Source of the DNA: Eledone cirrhosa
Lineage: Eukaryota
Direction of reading: 5' to 3'
Length of the DNA stretch: 64,000 bases
Assembly: GCA_964016885.1 (NCBI GenBank)
Contig: OZ024743.1
Span: 141,422,001-141,486,000 of the forward strand
The notes beneath the pieces are model-generated. The model did not search any database and was not told where the DNA came from. It saw only the letters and a list, made by a program, of their open reading frames with translations. Positions 20,681 to 33,500 of the stretch are shown here, one piece after another. Both the position numbers and the translations under genes were made by a program. Within the stretch, counting starts at the first letter, position 1. Each line of letters begins with the position of its first letter.

Positions 20681-23600
20681 TTGCTGTTTGGTGTTTGGTG
20701 CTTGGTGCATGGGACTTAGTGTTTGGTGTTTGGTGCTTGGTGTTTGGTGCTTGGTGTTTGGTGCTTGGTGTTTGGGGCTTGGTGTTCGGTGCTTGGTGCT
20801 TGGTGCTTGGGGCTTGGTGTTTGGTGTTTGGTGCTTGGTGCTTGGTGTTTGATGTTGGGTCCTTGGTGCTTGGTGTTTGGTGTTTGGTGCTTTGTGTTTG
20901 GTGTTTGGTGCTTGGTGCTTGGTGTTTGGTGTTTGGTGCTTGGTGCTTGGGGCTTGGTGTTTGGTGCTTGGTGCTTGGTGTTTGGTGCTTCTGCTTGGGG
21001 CTTGGTAGTTGGTGCTTGGTGCTTGGTGCCTGGTGTTTGGTGTTTGGTGTTTGGTGCTTGGTGTATGGTGCTTGGTGCTTGGTGCTGGGTGGTTGGTGTT
21101 TGGTGCTTGGTGCTTGGTGTTTGGTGCTTGGTGCTTGGTGCTTGTTGTTTGGTGCTTGGTGCTTGGTGCTTGGTCTTTGGTGCATGGTGTTTGGTGTTTG
21201 GCGCTTGGTGCTTGGTGCTTCGTGATTGGTGCTTGGGGTTTGGTGGTTGGTGCTTGGTGCTTGGTGTTTGGTGTTTGGTGTTTGGTGTTCGGTGTTTGCT
21301 GTTTGGTGTCTGCTTTTTGGTGTTTGGTGTTTGCTGTATGGTGTTTGCTGTTTCGTATTTGGTTTTTGCTGATTGGTGTTTGGTGTTTGCTGTTTGGTGT
21401 TTGGTGTTTGGTGTTTGGTGCTTGGTGCTTGGTGCTTGGTGTTTGGCGTTTGGTGCTTGGTGCTTGGTGTTTGGTGCTTCGTGCTTGGTGTTTGGTGTTT
21501 GGTGCTTGGTGCCTGGTGCTTGTTGTATGGTGTTTGGTGCTTGGTGCTTGGTGTTTGGTGTTTGCTGCTTGGTGTCTGGTGTTTGGTGCTTGGTGTTTGG
21601 TGTTTGGTGCTTGGTGCTTGGTGCTTGGTGTTTGGTGTTTGGTGCTTGGTGCTTGGTGTTTGGTGTTTGGTGCTGGGTGCATGGAGTTTGGTGCTTGGTG
21701 CTTGGTGCTTGGTGTGTGGTGCTTGGTGCTTGGTGTTTTGTGTTTGGTTCTTGGTGCTTGGTGACTGGTGCTTGGTGCTTGGTGCTTGTTGTTTGGTGCT
21801 TGGTGCTTGGTGATTAGTGTTTGGTGCTTGGTGCTTGGTGTTTGGTGCTTGGTGTTTGGTGCTTGGTGCCTGGTGCTTGGTGTTTGGTGTTTGATGCTTG
21901 GTGTTTGGTGTTTGGTGTTTGGTACTTGGTGTTCGGTGCTTGGTGCTTGGTGCTTGGTGCTTGGTGTTTGGTGTTTGGTGCTTGGTGCTTGGTGTTTGAT
22001 GTTTGGTCATTGGTGCTTGGTGTTTGGTGTTGTGTGCTTGGTGCTTGGTGGTTGGTGTTTGGTGCTTGGTGCTTGGTGCTTGGTGTTTGGCGTTTCCTGT
22101 TTGCTGTTTGGTGTTTGGTGTTTGCTGTTTGGTGTTTGCTGTTTGGTGTTTGGTGTTTGGTGCTTGCTGTTTGGTGCTTGGTGCTTGGTGTATGGTGTTT
22201 GGTGCTTGGTGTTTGGTGCTTGATGCTTGGTGCTGGGTGTTTGGTGCTTGGTGCTTGGTGTTTGGTGCTTGGTGATTGGTGCTTGGTGTTTGGTCCTTGG
22301 TGCTTGGTGCATGGTCTTTGGTGCTTGGGTTTTGGTGTTTGGTGCTTGGTGCTTGGTGCTTGGTGCTTGGTGTTTGGTGCTTGCTGCTTGGTGCTTGGTG
22401 TTTGGTGCTTGGTGCTTGGTGAGTAGTGTTTGGTGATTGGTGCTTGGGGTTTGGTGTTTGGGGCTTGGTGTTTGGTGCTTAGTGCTTGCTGTTTGGTGTT
22501 TGGTGTTTGGTTCTTGGTGCTTGGTGTTTGGTGTTTGGTGTTTGGTGCTTGGTGCTTGGTGCTTGGTGTTTGGTGCTTGGTGCTTGGTGCTTGGTGTTTG
22601 GTGCTGCGTGCTTGGTGTTTGGTGTTCGGTGCTTGGTGCCTGGTGCTTGTTGTTTGGTGTTTGGTGCTTAGTGCTTGGTGTTTGGTGCTTGGTGCTTGGT
22701 GGCTGGTGTTTGGTGCTTGGTGTTTGGAGTTTGGTGCTAGGTGCTTGGTGCCTGGTGTTTCGTGCTTGGTGCTTGGTGCTTGGTGTTTGGTGTTTGGTGC
22801 TTGGTGTTTGGTGTTTGGTACTTGGTGCTTGGTGCTTGGTGCTTGGTGTTTGGTGCTTGGTATTTGATGCTGCCTGCTTGGTGTTTGGTGTTTGGTGCTT
22901 GGTGCTTGGTGTTTGGCGTTTGGAGCTCGGTGCCTGGTGCTTGTTGTTTGGTGTTTGGCGCTTGGTGCTTGGTATCTGGTGTTTGGTGCTTGATGTTTGG
23001 TGTTTGGTGCTTGGTGTTTTGTGTTTGGTGATTGGTGCTTGGTGCCTGGTGCTTGGTGCTTGGTGCTTGTTGTTTGGTGCTTGGTGCTTGGTGATTAGTG
23101 TTTGGTGCTTGGTGCTTGCGGTTTGCTGTTTGGTGCTTGGGGTTTGGTGCTTGGTGCTTGGTGCTTGGTGTTTGGTGCTTGGTGCTTGGTGTTTGGTGCT
23201 TGGTGCTTGGTGTTTGGTGTTTGGTGTTTGCTGTTTGCTGTTTGCTGTTTGGTGCTTGCTGTTTGGTGCTTGGTGCTTGGTGTTTGGTGTTTGGTGTTTT
23301 GTGCTTGGTGCTTGGTGTTTGGTGCTTGGTGCTTCGTGCTGGGTGTTTGGTGCTTGGTGCTTGGTGTTTGGTGCTTGGTGCTTGGTGCTTGGTGTTTGGT
23401 CCTTGGTGCTTGGTGCTTGGTCTTTGGTGCTTGGGTTTTGGTGTTTGGTGCTTGGTGCTTGGTGTTTGGTGCTTGGTTCTTGGTGCTTGGTGCTTGGTGT
23501 TTGGGGATTGCTGCTTGGTGCTTGGTGTTTGGTGCTTGGTGCTTGGTGATTAGTGTTTGGTGATTGGTGCTTGGGGTTTGCTGTTTGGTGCTTGGTGCTT

Positions 23601-24130
23601 GCTGTTTGGTGTTTGGTGTTTGGTTCTTGGTGCTTGGTGTTTGGTGTTTGGTGTCTGGTGCTTGGTGCTTGGTGCTTGGTGTTTGGTGCTTGGTGCTTGG
23701 TGCTTGGTGTTTGGTGCTGCGTGCTTGGTGTTTGATGTTAGGTTCTTGGTGCTTGGTGTTTGGTGTTTGGTGCTTGGTGCTTGGTGTTTGGTGTTTGGTG
23801 CTTGGTGCTTGGTGCTTGGTGCTTGGTGTTAGGTGTTTGGTGCTTGGTGCTTGGTGTTTGGTGCTTGGTGCTTTGTGTTTGGTGCTTGGTGTTTGGTGCT
23901 TGGTGCTTGGTGCTTGGTGCTTGGTGTTAGGTGTTTGGTGCTTGGTGATTGGTGTTTGATGTTAGGTTCTTGGTGCTTGGTGTTTGGTGTTTGGTGCTTG
24001 GTGCTTGGTGTTTGGTGTTTGGTGCTTGGTGCTTGGTGCTTGGTGCTTGGTGTTAGGTGTTTGGTGCTTGGTGATGGGTGCTTGGTGTTTGGTCCTTGGT
24101 GCTTGGTGCATGGTCTTTGGTGCTTGGGTT
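19190..24130 (+). repeat. Copy 1 of a roughly 5-kb duplication (partner about 30100-35240)
   Basis: ORF pairs at offsets 10917 (19536/30453), 10959 (20460/31419, 21768/32727) and 10980 (22430/33410, 23098/34078). Confidence 0.9.
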
Positions 24131-27100
24131 TTGGTGTTTGGTGCTTGTTGCTGGTGTTTGGTGCTTGGTGCTTGGTGCTTGGTGCTTGGTGTTTGGTGCT
24201 TGCTGCTTGGTGCTTGGTGTTTGGTGCTTGGTGCTTGGTGATTAGTGTTTGGTGATTGGTGCTTGGGGTTTGGTGTTTGGGGCTTGGTGTTTGGTGGTTA
24301 GTGCTTGCTATTTGGTGTTTGGTGTTTGGTTCTTGGTGCTTGGTGGCTGGTGTTTGGTGCTTGGTGCTTATTGTTTGGTGTTTGGTGTTTGGTGCTTGGT
24401 GCTTGGTGGCTGGTGTTTGGTGCTTGGTGTTTGGAGTTTGGTGCTTGGTGCTTGGTGCCTGGTGTTTCGTGCTTGGTGCTTGGTGCTTGGTGTTTGGTGA
24501 TTGGTGCTTGGTGTTTGGTGTTTGGTACTTGGTGCTTGGTGCTTGGTGCTTGGTGCTTGGTGCTTGGTGTTTGATGCTGCGTGCTCGGTGTTTGGTGTTT
24601 GGTGCTTGGTGCTTGGTGTTTGGTCTTTGGAGCTCGGTGCCTGGTGCTTGTTGTTTGGTGTTTGGCGCTTGGTGCTTGGTGTTTGGTGTTTGGTGCTTGG
24701 TGCTTGGTGTTTGGTGCTTGGTGCTTGGTGCTTGGTGTTTTGTGTTTGGTGATTGGTGCTTGGTGCCTGGTGCTTGGTGCTTGGTGCTTGTTGTTTGGTG
24801 CTTGGTGCTTGGTGATTAGTGTTTGGTGCTTGGTGCTTGCGGTTTGGTGTTTGGTGCTTGGGGTTTGGTGCTTGGTGCTTGGTGCTTGGTGTTTGGTGCT
24901 TGGTGCTTGGTGTTTGGTGCTTGGTGTTTGGTGTTTGGTGTTTGGCGTTTGCTGTTTGCTGTTTGGTGTTTGGTGCTTGCTGTTTGGTGCTTGGTGCTTG
25001 GTGTTTGGTGTTTGGTGTTTTGTGCTTGGTGCTTGGTGTTTGGTGCTTGGTGCTTGGTGCTGGGTGTTTGGTGCTTGGTGCTTGGTGTTTGGTGCTTGGT
25101 GCTTGGTGCTTGGTGTTTGGTCCTTGGTGCTTGGTGCTTGGTCTTTGGTGCTTGGGTTTTGGTGTTTGGTGCTTGGTGCTTGGTGTTTGGTGCTTGGTTC
25201 TTGGTGCTTGGTGCTTGGTGTTTGGTGATTGCTGCTTGGTGCTTGGTGTTTGGTGCTTGGTGCTTGGTGATTAGTGTTTGGTGATTGGTGCTTGGGATTT
25301 GCTGTTTGGTGCTTGGTGTTTGGTGCTTGGTGCTTGATGTTTGGTGTTTGGTGTTTGGTTCTTGGTGCTTGGTGTTTGGTGTTTGGTGTCTGGTGCTTGG
25401 TGCTTGGTGCCTGGTGTTTGGTGCTTGGTGCTTGGTGCTTGGTGTTTGGTGCTGCGTGCTTGGTGTTTGGTGCTTGGTGCTTGGTGATTATTGTTTGGTG
25501 CTTTGTGTTTGGTGCTTGGTGTTTGGTGCTTGGTGCTTGGTGCTTGGTGCTTGGTGTTAGGTGTTTGGTGCTTGGTGATTGGTGTTTGATGTTAGGTTCT
25601 TGGTGCTTGGTGTTTGGTGTTTGGTGCTTGGTCCTTGGTGTTTGGTATTTGGTGCTTGGTGCTTGGTGCTTGGTGCTTGGTGCTTGGTGCTTGGTGCTTG
25701 GTGTTTGGTGCTTGGTTCTTGGTGCTTGGTGCTTGGTGTTTGGTGATTGCTGCTTGGTGCTTGGTGTTTGGTGCTTGGTGCTTGGTGATTAGTGTTTGGT
25801 GATTGGTGCTTGGGATTTGCTGTTTGGTGCTTGGTGTTTGGTGCTTGGTGCTTGATGTTTGGTGTTTGGTGTTTGGTTCTTGGTGCTTGGTGTTTGGTGT
25901 TTGGTGTCTGGTGCTTGGTGCTTGGTGCTTGGTGTTTGGTGCTTGGTGCTTGGTGTTTGGTGCTGCGTGCTTGGTGTTTGGTGCTTGGTGCTTGGTGATT
26001 AGTGTTTGGTGCTTTGTGTTTGGTGCCTGGTGTTTGGTGCTTGGTGCTTGGTGTTTGGTGATTGGTGTTTGATGTTAGGTTCTTGGTGCTTGGTGTTTGG
26101 TGTTTGGTGCTTGGTGCTTGGTGTTTGGTGTTTGGTGCTCGGTGCTTGGTGCTTGGTGCTTTGTGTTAGGTGTTTGGTGTTTGGTGCTTGGTGCTTGGTG
26201 TTTGGTGCTTGGTGCTTGGTGCTTGGTGCTTGGTGCTTGGTGTTAGGTGTTTGTTGCTTGGTGATGGGTGCTTGGTGTTTGGTCCTTGGTGCTTGGTGCA
26301 TGGTCTTTGGTGCTTGGGTTTTGGTGTTTGGTGCTTGGTGCTTGGTGTTTGGTGCTTGGTGCTTGGTGCTTGGTGCTTGGTGTTTGGTAATTGCTGCTTG
26401 GTGCTTGGTGTTTGGTGCTTGGTGCTTGGTGATTAGTGTTTGGTGATTGGTGCTTGGGGTTTGGTGTTTGGGGCTTGGTGTTTGGTGCTTAGTGCTTGCT
26501 GTTTGGTGTTTGGTGTTTGGTTCTTGGTGCTTGGTGTTTGGTGCTTGGTGTTTGGTGCTTGGTGCTTGGTGCTTGGTGTTTGGTGCTGCGTGCTTGGTGT
26601 TTGGTGTTTGGTGCTTGGTGCCTGGTGCTTGTTGTTTGGTGTTTGGTGCTTAGTGCTTGGTGTTTGGTGTTTGGTGCTTGGTGCTTGGTGGCTGGTGTTT
26701 GGTGCTTGGTGTTTGGAGTTTGGTGCTTGGTGCTTGGTGCCTGGTGTTTCGTGCTTGGTGCTTGGTGCTTGGTGTTTGGTGATTGGTGCTTGGTGTTTGG
26801 TGTTTGGTACTTGGTGCTTGGTGCTTGGTGCTTGGTGCTTGGTGCTTGGTGTTTGATGCTGCGTGCTTGGTGTTTGGTGTTTGGTGCTTGGTGCTTGGTG
26901 TTTGGTGTTTGGAGCTCGTTGCCTGGTGCTTGTTGTTTGGTGTTTGGCGCTTGGTGCTTGGTGTTTGGTGTTTGGTGCTTGGTGCTTGGTGTTTGGTATC
27001 TGGTGTTTGGTGCTTGATGTTTGGTGTTTGGTGCTTGGTGTTTGGTGTTTGGTGCTTGGTGCTTGGTGTTTGGTGCTTGGTGTTTGGTGTTTGGTGTTTG

Positions 27101-28930
27101 ATGCTTGGTGTTTGCTGCTTGGTGCTTGGTGCTTGGTGTTTTGTGTTTGGTGATTGGTGCTTGGTGCCTGGTGCTTGGTGCTTGGTGCTTGTTGTTTGGT
27201 GCTTGGTGCTTGGTGATTAGTGTTTGGTGCTTGGTGCTTGCGGTTTGGTGTTTGGTGCTTGGGGTTTGGTGCTTGGTGCTTGGTGCTTGGTGTTTGGTGC
27301 TTGGTGCTTGGTGTTTGGTGCTTGGTGCTTGGTGTTTGGTGTTTGGCGTTTGCTGTTTGCTGTTTGGTGTTTGGTGCTTGCTGTTTGGTGCTTGGTGCTT
27401 GGTGTTTGGTGTTTGGTGTTTTGTGCTTGGTGCTTGGTGTTTGGTGCTTGGTGCTTGGTGCTGGGTGTTTGGTGCTTGGTGCTTGGTGTTTGGTGCTTGG
27501 TGCTTAGTGCTTGGTGTTTGGTCCTTGGTGCTTGGTGCTTGGTCTTTGGTGCTTGGGTTTTGGTGTTTGGTGCTTGGTGCTTGGTATTTGGTGCTTGGTT
27601 CTTGGTGCTTGGTGCTTGGTGTTTGGTGATTGCTGCTTGGTGCTTGGTGTTTGGTGCTTGGTGCTTGGTGATTAGTGTTTGGTGATTGGTGCTTGGGATT
27701 TGCTGTTTGGTGCTTGGTGTTTGGTGCTTGGTGCTTGATGTTTGGTGTTTGGTGTTTGGTTCTTGGTGCTTGGTGTTTGGTGTTTGGTGTCTGGTGCTTG
27801 GTGCTTGGTGACTGGTGTTTGGTGCTTGGTGCTTGGTGCTTGGTGTTTGGTGCTGCGTGCTTGGTGTTTGGTGCTTGGTGCTTGGTGATTATTGTTTGGT
27901 GCTTTGTGTTTGGTGCTTGGTGTTTGGTGCTTGGTGCTTGGTGCTTGGTGCTTGGTGTTAGGTGTTTGGTGCTTGGTGATTGGTGTTTGATGTTAGGTTC
28001 TTGGTGCTTGGTGTTTGGTGTTTGGTGCTTGGTGCTTGGTGTTTGGTGTTTGGTGCTTGGTGCTTGGTGCTTGGTGCTTGGTGCTTGGTGCTTGGTGCTT
28101 GGTGTTTGGTGCTTGGTTCTTGGTGCTTGGTGCTTGGTGTTTGGTGATTGCTGCTTGGTGCTTGGTGTTTGGTGCTTGGTGCTTGGTGATTAGTGTTTGG
28201 TGATTGGTGCTTGGGATTTGCTGTTTGGTGCTTGGTGTTTGGTGCTTGGTACTTGATGTTTGGTGTTTGGTGTTTGGTTCTTGGTGCTTGGTGTTTGGTG
28301 TTTGGTGTCTGGTGCTTGGTGCTTAGTGCTTGGTGTTTGGTGCTTGGTGCTTGGTGTTTGGTGCTGCGTGCTTGGTGTTTGGTGCTTGGTGCTTGGTGAT
28401 TAGTGTTTGGTGCTTTGTGTTTGGTGCTTGGTGTTTGGTGCTTGGTGCTTGGTGCTTGGTGCTTGGTGTTAGGTGTTTGGTGCTTGGTGATTGGTGTTTG
28501 ATGTTAGGTTCTTGGTGCTTGGTGTTTGGTGTTTGGTGCTTGGTGCTTGGTGTTTGTTGTTTGGTGCTTGGTGCTTGGTGCTTGGTGCTTGGTGTTAGGT
28601 GTTTGGTGCTTGGTGCTTGGTGTTTGGTGCTTGGTGCTTTGTGTTTGGTGCTTGGTGTTTGGTGCTTGGTGCTTGGTGCTTGGTGCTTGGTGTTAGGTGT
28701 TTGGTGTTGGTGATTGGTGTTTGATGTTAGGTTCTTGGTGCTTGGTGTTTGGTGTTTGGTGCTTGGTGCTTGGTGTTTGGTGCTTGGTGCTTGGTGCTTG
28801 GTGCTTGGTGCTTGGTGTTAGGTGTTTGGTGCTTGGTGATGGGTGCTTGGTGTTTGGTCCTTGGTGCTTGGTGCATGGTCTTTGGTGCTTGGGTTTTGGT
28901 GTTTGGTGCTTGGTGCTTGGTGTTTGGTGC
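22670..28930 (+). repeat. Copy 1 of a roughly 6.3-kb duplication (partner about 40290-46960)
   Basis: ORF pairs at offsets 17630 (23098/40728), 17869 (24819/42688, 25274/43143) and 18037 (26440/44477, 27675/45712). Confidence 0.85.
24720..28440 (+). repeat. 2401-bp (343-unit) period duplication with an internal 518-bp repeat
   Basis: ORF pairs 24819/27220, 25274/27675 and 25792/28193 are at offset 2401. Pairs 25274/25792 and 27675/28193 are at offset 518. Confidence 0.85.
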
Positions 28931-30550
28931 TTGGTGCTTGGTGCTTGGTGTTTGGTGCTTGGTGCTTGGTGTTTGGTGCTTGGTGCTTGGTGTTTGGTGT
29001 TTGGCGTTTGCTGTTTGCTGTTTTGTGCTTGGTGCTTGGGATTTGGTGTTTGGTGCTTGGTGCTTGGTGTTTGGTGCTTGGTGCTTGGTGCTGGGTGTTT
29101 GGTGCTTGGTGCTTGGTGTTTGCTGCTTGGTGCTTGGTGCTTGGTGTTTGGTCCTTGGTGCTTGGTGCTTGGTCTTTGGTGCTTGGGGTTTGGTGTTTGG
29201 TGCTTGGTGCTTGGTGTTTGGTGCTTGGTTCTTGGTGCTTGGTGCTTGGTGTTTGGTGATTGCTGCTTGGTGCTTGGTGTTTGGTGCTTGGTGCTTGGTG
29301 ACTAGTGTTTGGTTATTGGTGCTTGGGGTTTGCTGTTTGGTGCTTGGTGTTTGGTGCTTGGTGCTTGCTGTTTGGTGTTTGTTGTTTGGTTCTTGGTGCT
29401 TGGTGTTTGGTGCTTGTTGTTTGGTGCTTAGTGCTTGGTGTTTGGTGTTTGGTGTCTGGTGCTTGGTGCTTGGTGCTTGGTGTTTGGTGCTTGGTGCTTG
29501 GTGTTTGGTGCTGCGTGCTTGGTGTTTGGTGCTTGGTGCTTGGTGATTAGTGTTTGGTGCTTTGTGTTTGGTGCTTGGTGTTTGGTGCTTGGTGCTTGGT
29601 GCTTGGTGCTTGGTGTTAGGTGTTTGGTGCTTGGTGATTGGTGTTTGATGTTAGGTTCTTGGTGCTTGGTGTTTGGTGTTTGGTGCTTGGTGCTTGGTGT
29701 TTGGTGTTTGGTGCTTGGTGCTTGGTGCTTGGTGCTTGGTGTTAGGTGTTTGGTGCTTGGTGCTTGGTGTTTGGTGCTTGGTGCTTTGTGTTTGGTGCTT
29801 GGTGTTTGGTGCTTGGTGCTTGGTGCTTGGTGCTTGGTGTTAGGTGTTTGGTGCTTGGTGATTGGTGTTTGATGTTAGGTTCTTGGTGCTTGGTGTTTGG
29901 TGTTTGGTGCTTGGTGCTTGGTGTTTGGTGCTTGGTGCTTGGTGCTTGGTGCTTGGTGCTTGGTGTTAGGTGTTTGGTGCTTGGTGATGGGTGCTTGGTG
30001 TTTGGTCCTTGGTGCTTGGTGCATGGTCTTTGGTGCTTGGGTTTTGGTGTTTGGTGCTTGGTGCTTGGTGTTTGGTGCTTGGTGCTTGGTGCTTGGTGTT
30101 TGGTGCTTGGTGCTTGGTGTTTGGTGCTTGGTGCTTGGTGTTTGGTGTTTGGCGTTTGCTGTTTGCTGTTTTGTGCTTGGTGCTTGGGGTTTGGTGTTTG
30201 GTGCTTGGTGCTTGGTGTTTGGTGCTTGGTGCTTGGTGCTGGGTGTTTGGTGCTTGGTGCTTGGTGTTTGGTGCTTGGTGCTTGGTGCTTGGTGTTTGGT
30301 CCTTGGTGCTTGGTGCTTGGTCTTTGGTGCTTGGGGTTTGGTGTTTGGTGCTTGGTGCTTGGTGTTTGGTGCTTGGTTCTTGGTGCTTGGTGCTTGGTGT
30401 TTGGTGATTGCTGCTTGGTGCTTGGTGTTTGGTGCTTGGTGCTTGGTGACTAGTGTTTGGTTATTGGTGCTTGGGGTTTGCTGTTTGGTGCTTGGTGTTT
30501 GGTGCTTGGTGCTTGCTGTTTGGTGTTTGTTGTTTGGTTCTTGGTGCTTG
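28300..30550 (+). repeat. 1148-bp (164-unit) tandem duplication
   Basis: ORF pairs 28749/29897, 28843/29991 and 29305/30453. GACTAGT marker with ACTAGT at 29301 and 30449. Confidence 0.88.
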
Positions 30551-33500
30551 GTGTTTGGTGTTTGGTGTTTGGTGCTTGGTGCTTGGTGTTTGGTGCTTGT
30601 TGCTTGGTGCTTGGTGTTTGGTGCTGCGTGCTTGGTGTTTGGTGTTTGGTGCTTGGTGCCTGGTGCTTGTTGTTTGGTGCTTAGTGCTTGGTGTTTGGTG
30701 TTTGGTGCTTGGTGCTTGGTGGCTGGTGCTTGGTGCTTGGTGTTTGGAGTTTGGTGCTTGGTGCTTGGTGCCTGGTGTTTCGTGCTTGGTGCTTGGTGCT
30801 TGGTGTTTGGTGTTTGGTGCTTGGTGTTTGGTGTTTGGTACTTGGTGCTTGGTGCTTGGTGCTTGGTGTTTGGTGCTTGGTGTTTGATGCTGCGTGCTTG
30901 GTGTTTGGTGTTTGGTGCTTGGTGCTTGGTGTTTGGTGTTTGGAGCTTGGTGCCTGCTGCTTGTTGTTTGGTGTTTGGTGCTTGGTGCTTGGAGCTTGGT
31001 ATCTGGTGTTTGGTGCTTGATGTCTGGTGTTTGGTGCTTGGTGCTTGGTGCTTGGTGTTTGGTGTTTGGTGCTTGGTGCTTGGTGTTTGGTGCTTGGTGT
31101 TTGGTGTTTGGTGTTTGATGCTTGGTGTTTGCTGCTTGGTGCTTGGTGCTTGGTGTTTTGTGTTTGGTGCTTGGTGCTTGGTGCCTGGTGCTTGGTGCTT
31201 GGTGCTTGTTGTTTGGTGCTTGGTGCTTGGTGATTAGTGTTTGGTGCTTGGTGCTTGCGGTTTGATGTTTGGTGCTTGAGGTTTGGTGTTTGGTGCTTGG
31301 TGCTTGGTGTTTGGTGCTTGGTGCTTGGTGCTTGGTGCTTGGTGCTTGGTGTTTGGTGCTTGGTGCTTGGTGTTTGGTGCTTGGTGTTTGGTGCTTGGTG
31401 CTTGGTGCTTGGTGTTAGGTGTTTGGTGCTTGGTGCTTGGTGTTTGATGTTTGGTCCTTGGTGCTTGGTGTTTGGTGTTTGTTGCTTGGTGCTTGGTGTT
31501 TGGTGTTTGGTGCTTGCTGCTTGCTGCTTGGTGTTTGGTGCTTGGTGATTGGTGCTTGGTGTTTTGTGCTTGGTGCTTGGTGTTTGGTGTTTGGTGCTAG
31601 GGGCTTGGTGCTTGGTGCTTGGTGTTTGGTGCTTGGTGCTTGCTGTTTGGTGTTTGGTGCTTGGTGCGTGGGACTTAGTGTTTGGTGTTTGGTGCTTGGT
31701 GTTTGGTGCTTGGTGTTTGGTGCTTGGTGTTTGGGGCTTGGTGTTCGGTGCTTGGTGCTTGGTGCTTGGGGCTTGGTGTTTGGTGTTTGGTGCTTGGTGC
31801 TTGGTGTTTGATGTTGGGTCCTTGGTGCTTGGTGTTTGGTGTTTGGTGCTTTGTGTTTGGTGTTTGGTGCTTGGTGCTTGGTGTTTGGTGTTTGGTGCTT
31901 GGTGCTTGGGGCTTGGTGTTTGGTGCTTGGTGCTTGGTGTTTGGTGCTTCTGCTTGGGGCTTGGTAGTTGGTGCTTGGTGCTTGGTGCCTGGTGTTTGGT
32001 GTTTGGTGTTTGGTGCTTGGTGTATGGTGCTTGGTGCTTGGTGCTGGGTGGTTGGTGTTTGGTGCTTGGTGCTTGGTGTTTGGTGCTTGGTGCTTGGTGC
32101 TTGTTGTTTGGTGCTTGGTGCTTGGTGCTTGGTCTTTGGTGCATGGTGTTTGGTGTTTGGCGCTTGGTGCTTGGTGCTTCGTGATTGGTGCTTGGGGTTT
32201 GGTGGTTGGTGCTTGGTGCTTGGTGTTTGGTGTTTGGTGTTTGGTGTTCGGTGTTTGCTGTTTGGTGTCTGCTTTTTGGTGTTTGGTGTTTGCTGTATGG
32301 TGTTTGCTGTTTCGTATTTGGTTTTTGCTGATTGGTGTTTGGTGTTTGCTGTTTGGTGTTTGGTGTTTGGTGTTTGGTGCTTGGTGCTTGGTGCTTGGTG
32401 TTTGGCGTTTGGTGCTTGGTGCTTGGTGTTTGGTGCTTCGTGCTTGGTGTTTGGTGTTTGGTGCTTGGTGCCTGGTGCTTGTTGTATGGTGTTTGGTGCT
32501 TGGTGCTTGGTGTTTGGTGTTTGCTGCTTGGTGTCTGGTGTTTGGTGCTTGGTGTTTGGTGTTTGGTGCTTGGTGCTTGGTGCTTGGTGTTTGGTGTTTG
32601 GTGCTTGGTGCTTGGTGTTTGGTGTTTGGTGCTGGGTGCATGGAGTTTGGTGCTTGGTGCTTAGTGCTTGGTGTGTGGTGCTTGGTGCTTGGTGTTTTGT
32701 GTTTGGTTCTTGGTGCTTGGTGACTGGTGCTTGGTGCTTGGTGCTTGTTGTTTGGTGCTTGGTGCTTGGTGATTAGTGTTTGGTGCTTGGTGCTTGGTGT
32801 TTGGTGCTTGGTGTTTGGTGCTTGGTGCCTGGTGCTTGGTGTTTGGTGTTTGATGCTTGGTGTTTGGTGTTTGGTGTTTGGTACTTGGTGTTCGGTGCTT
32901 GGTGCTTGGTGCTTGGTGCTTGGTGTTTGGTGTTTGGTGCTTGGTGCTTGGTGTTTGATGTTTGGTCATTGGGGCTTGGTGTTTGGTGTTGTGTGCTTGG
33001 TGCTTGGTGGTTGGTGTTTGGTGCTTGGTGCTTGGTGCTTGGTGTTTGGCGTTTCCTGCTTGCTGTTTGGTGTTTGGTGTTTGCTGTTTGGTGTTTGCTG
33101 TTTGGTGTTTGGTGTTTGGTGCTTGCTGTTTGGTGCTTGGTGCTTGGTGTATGGTGTTTGGTGCTTGGTGTTTGGTGCTTGATGCTTGGTGCTGGGTGTT
33201 TGGTGCTTGGTGCTTGGTGTTTGGTGCTTGGTGATTGGTGCTTGGTGTTTGGTCCTTGGTGCTTGGTGCATGGTCTTTGGTGCTTGGGTTTTGGTGTTTG
33301 GTGCTTGGTGCTTGGTGTTTGGTGCTTGGTGCTTGGTGCTTGGTGCTTGGTGTTTGGTGCTTGCTGCTTGGTGCTTGGTGTTTGGTGCTTGGTGCTTGGT
33401 GAGTAGTGTTTGGTGATTGGTGCTTGGGGTTTGGTGTTTGGGGCTTGGTGTTTGGTGCTTAGTGCTTGCTGTTTGGTGTTTGGTGTTTGGTTCTTGGTGC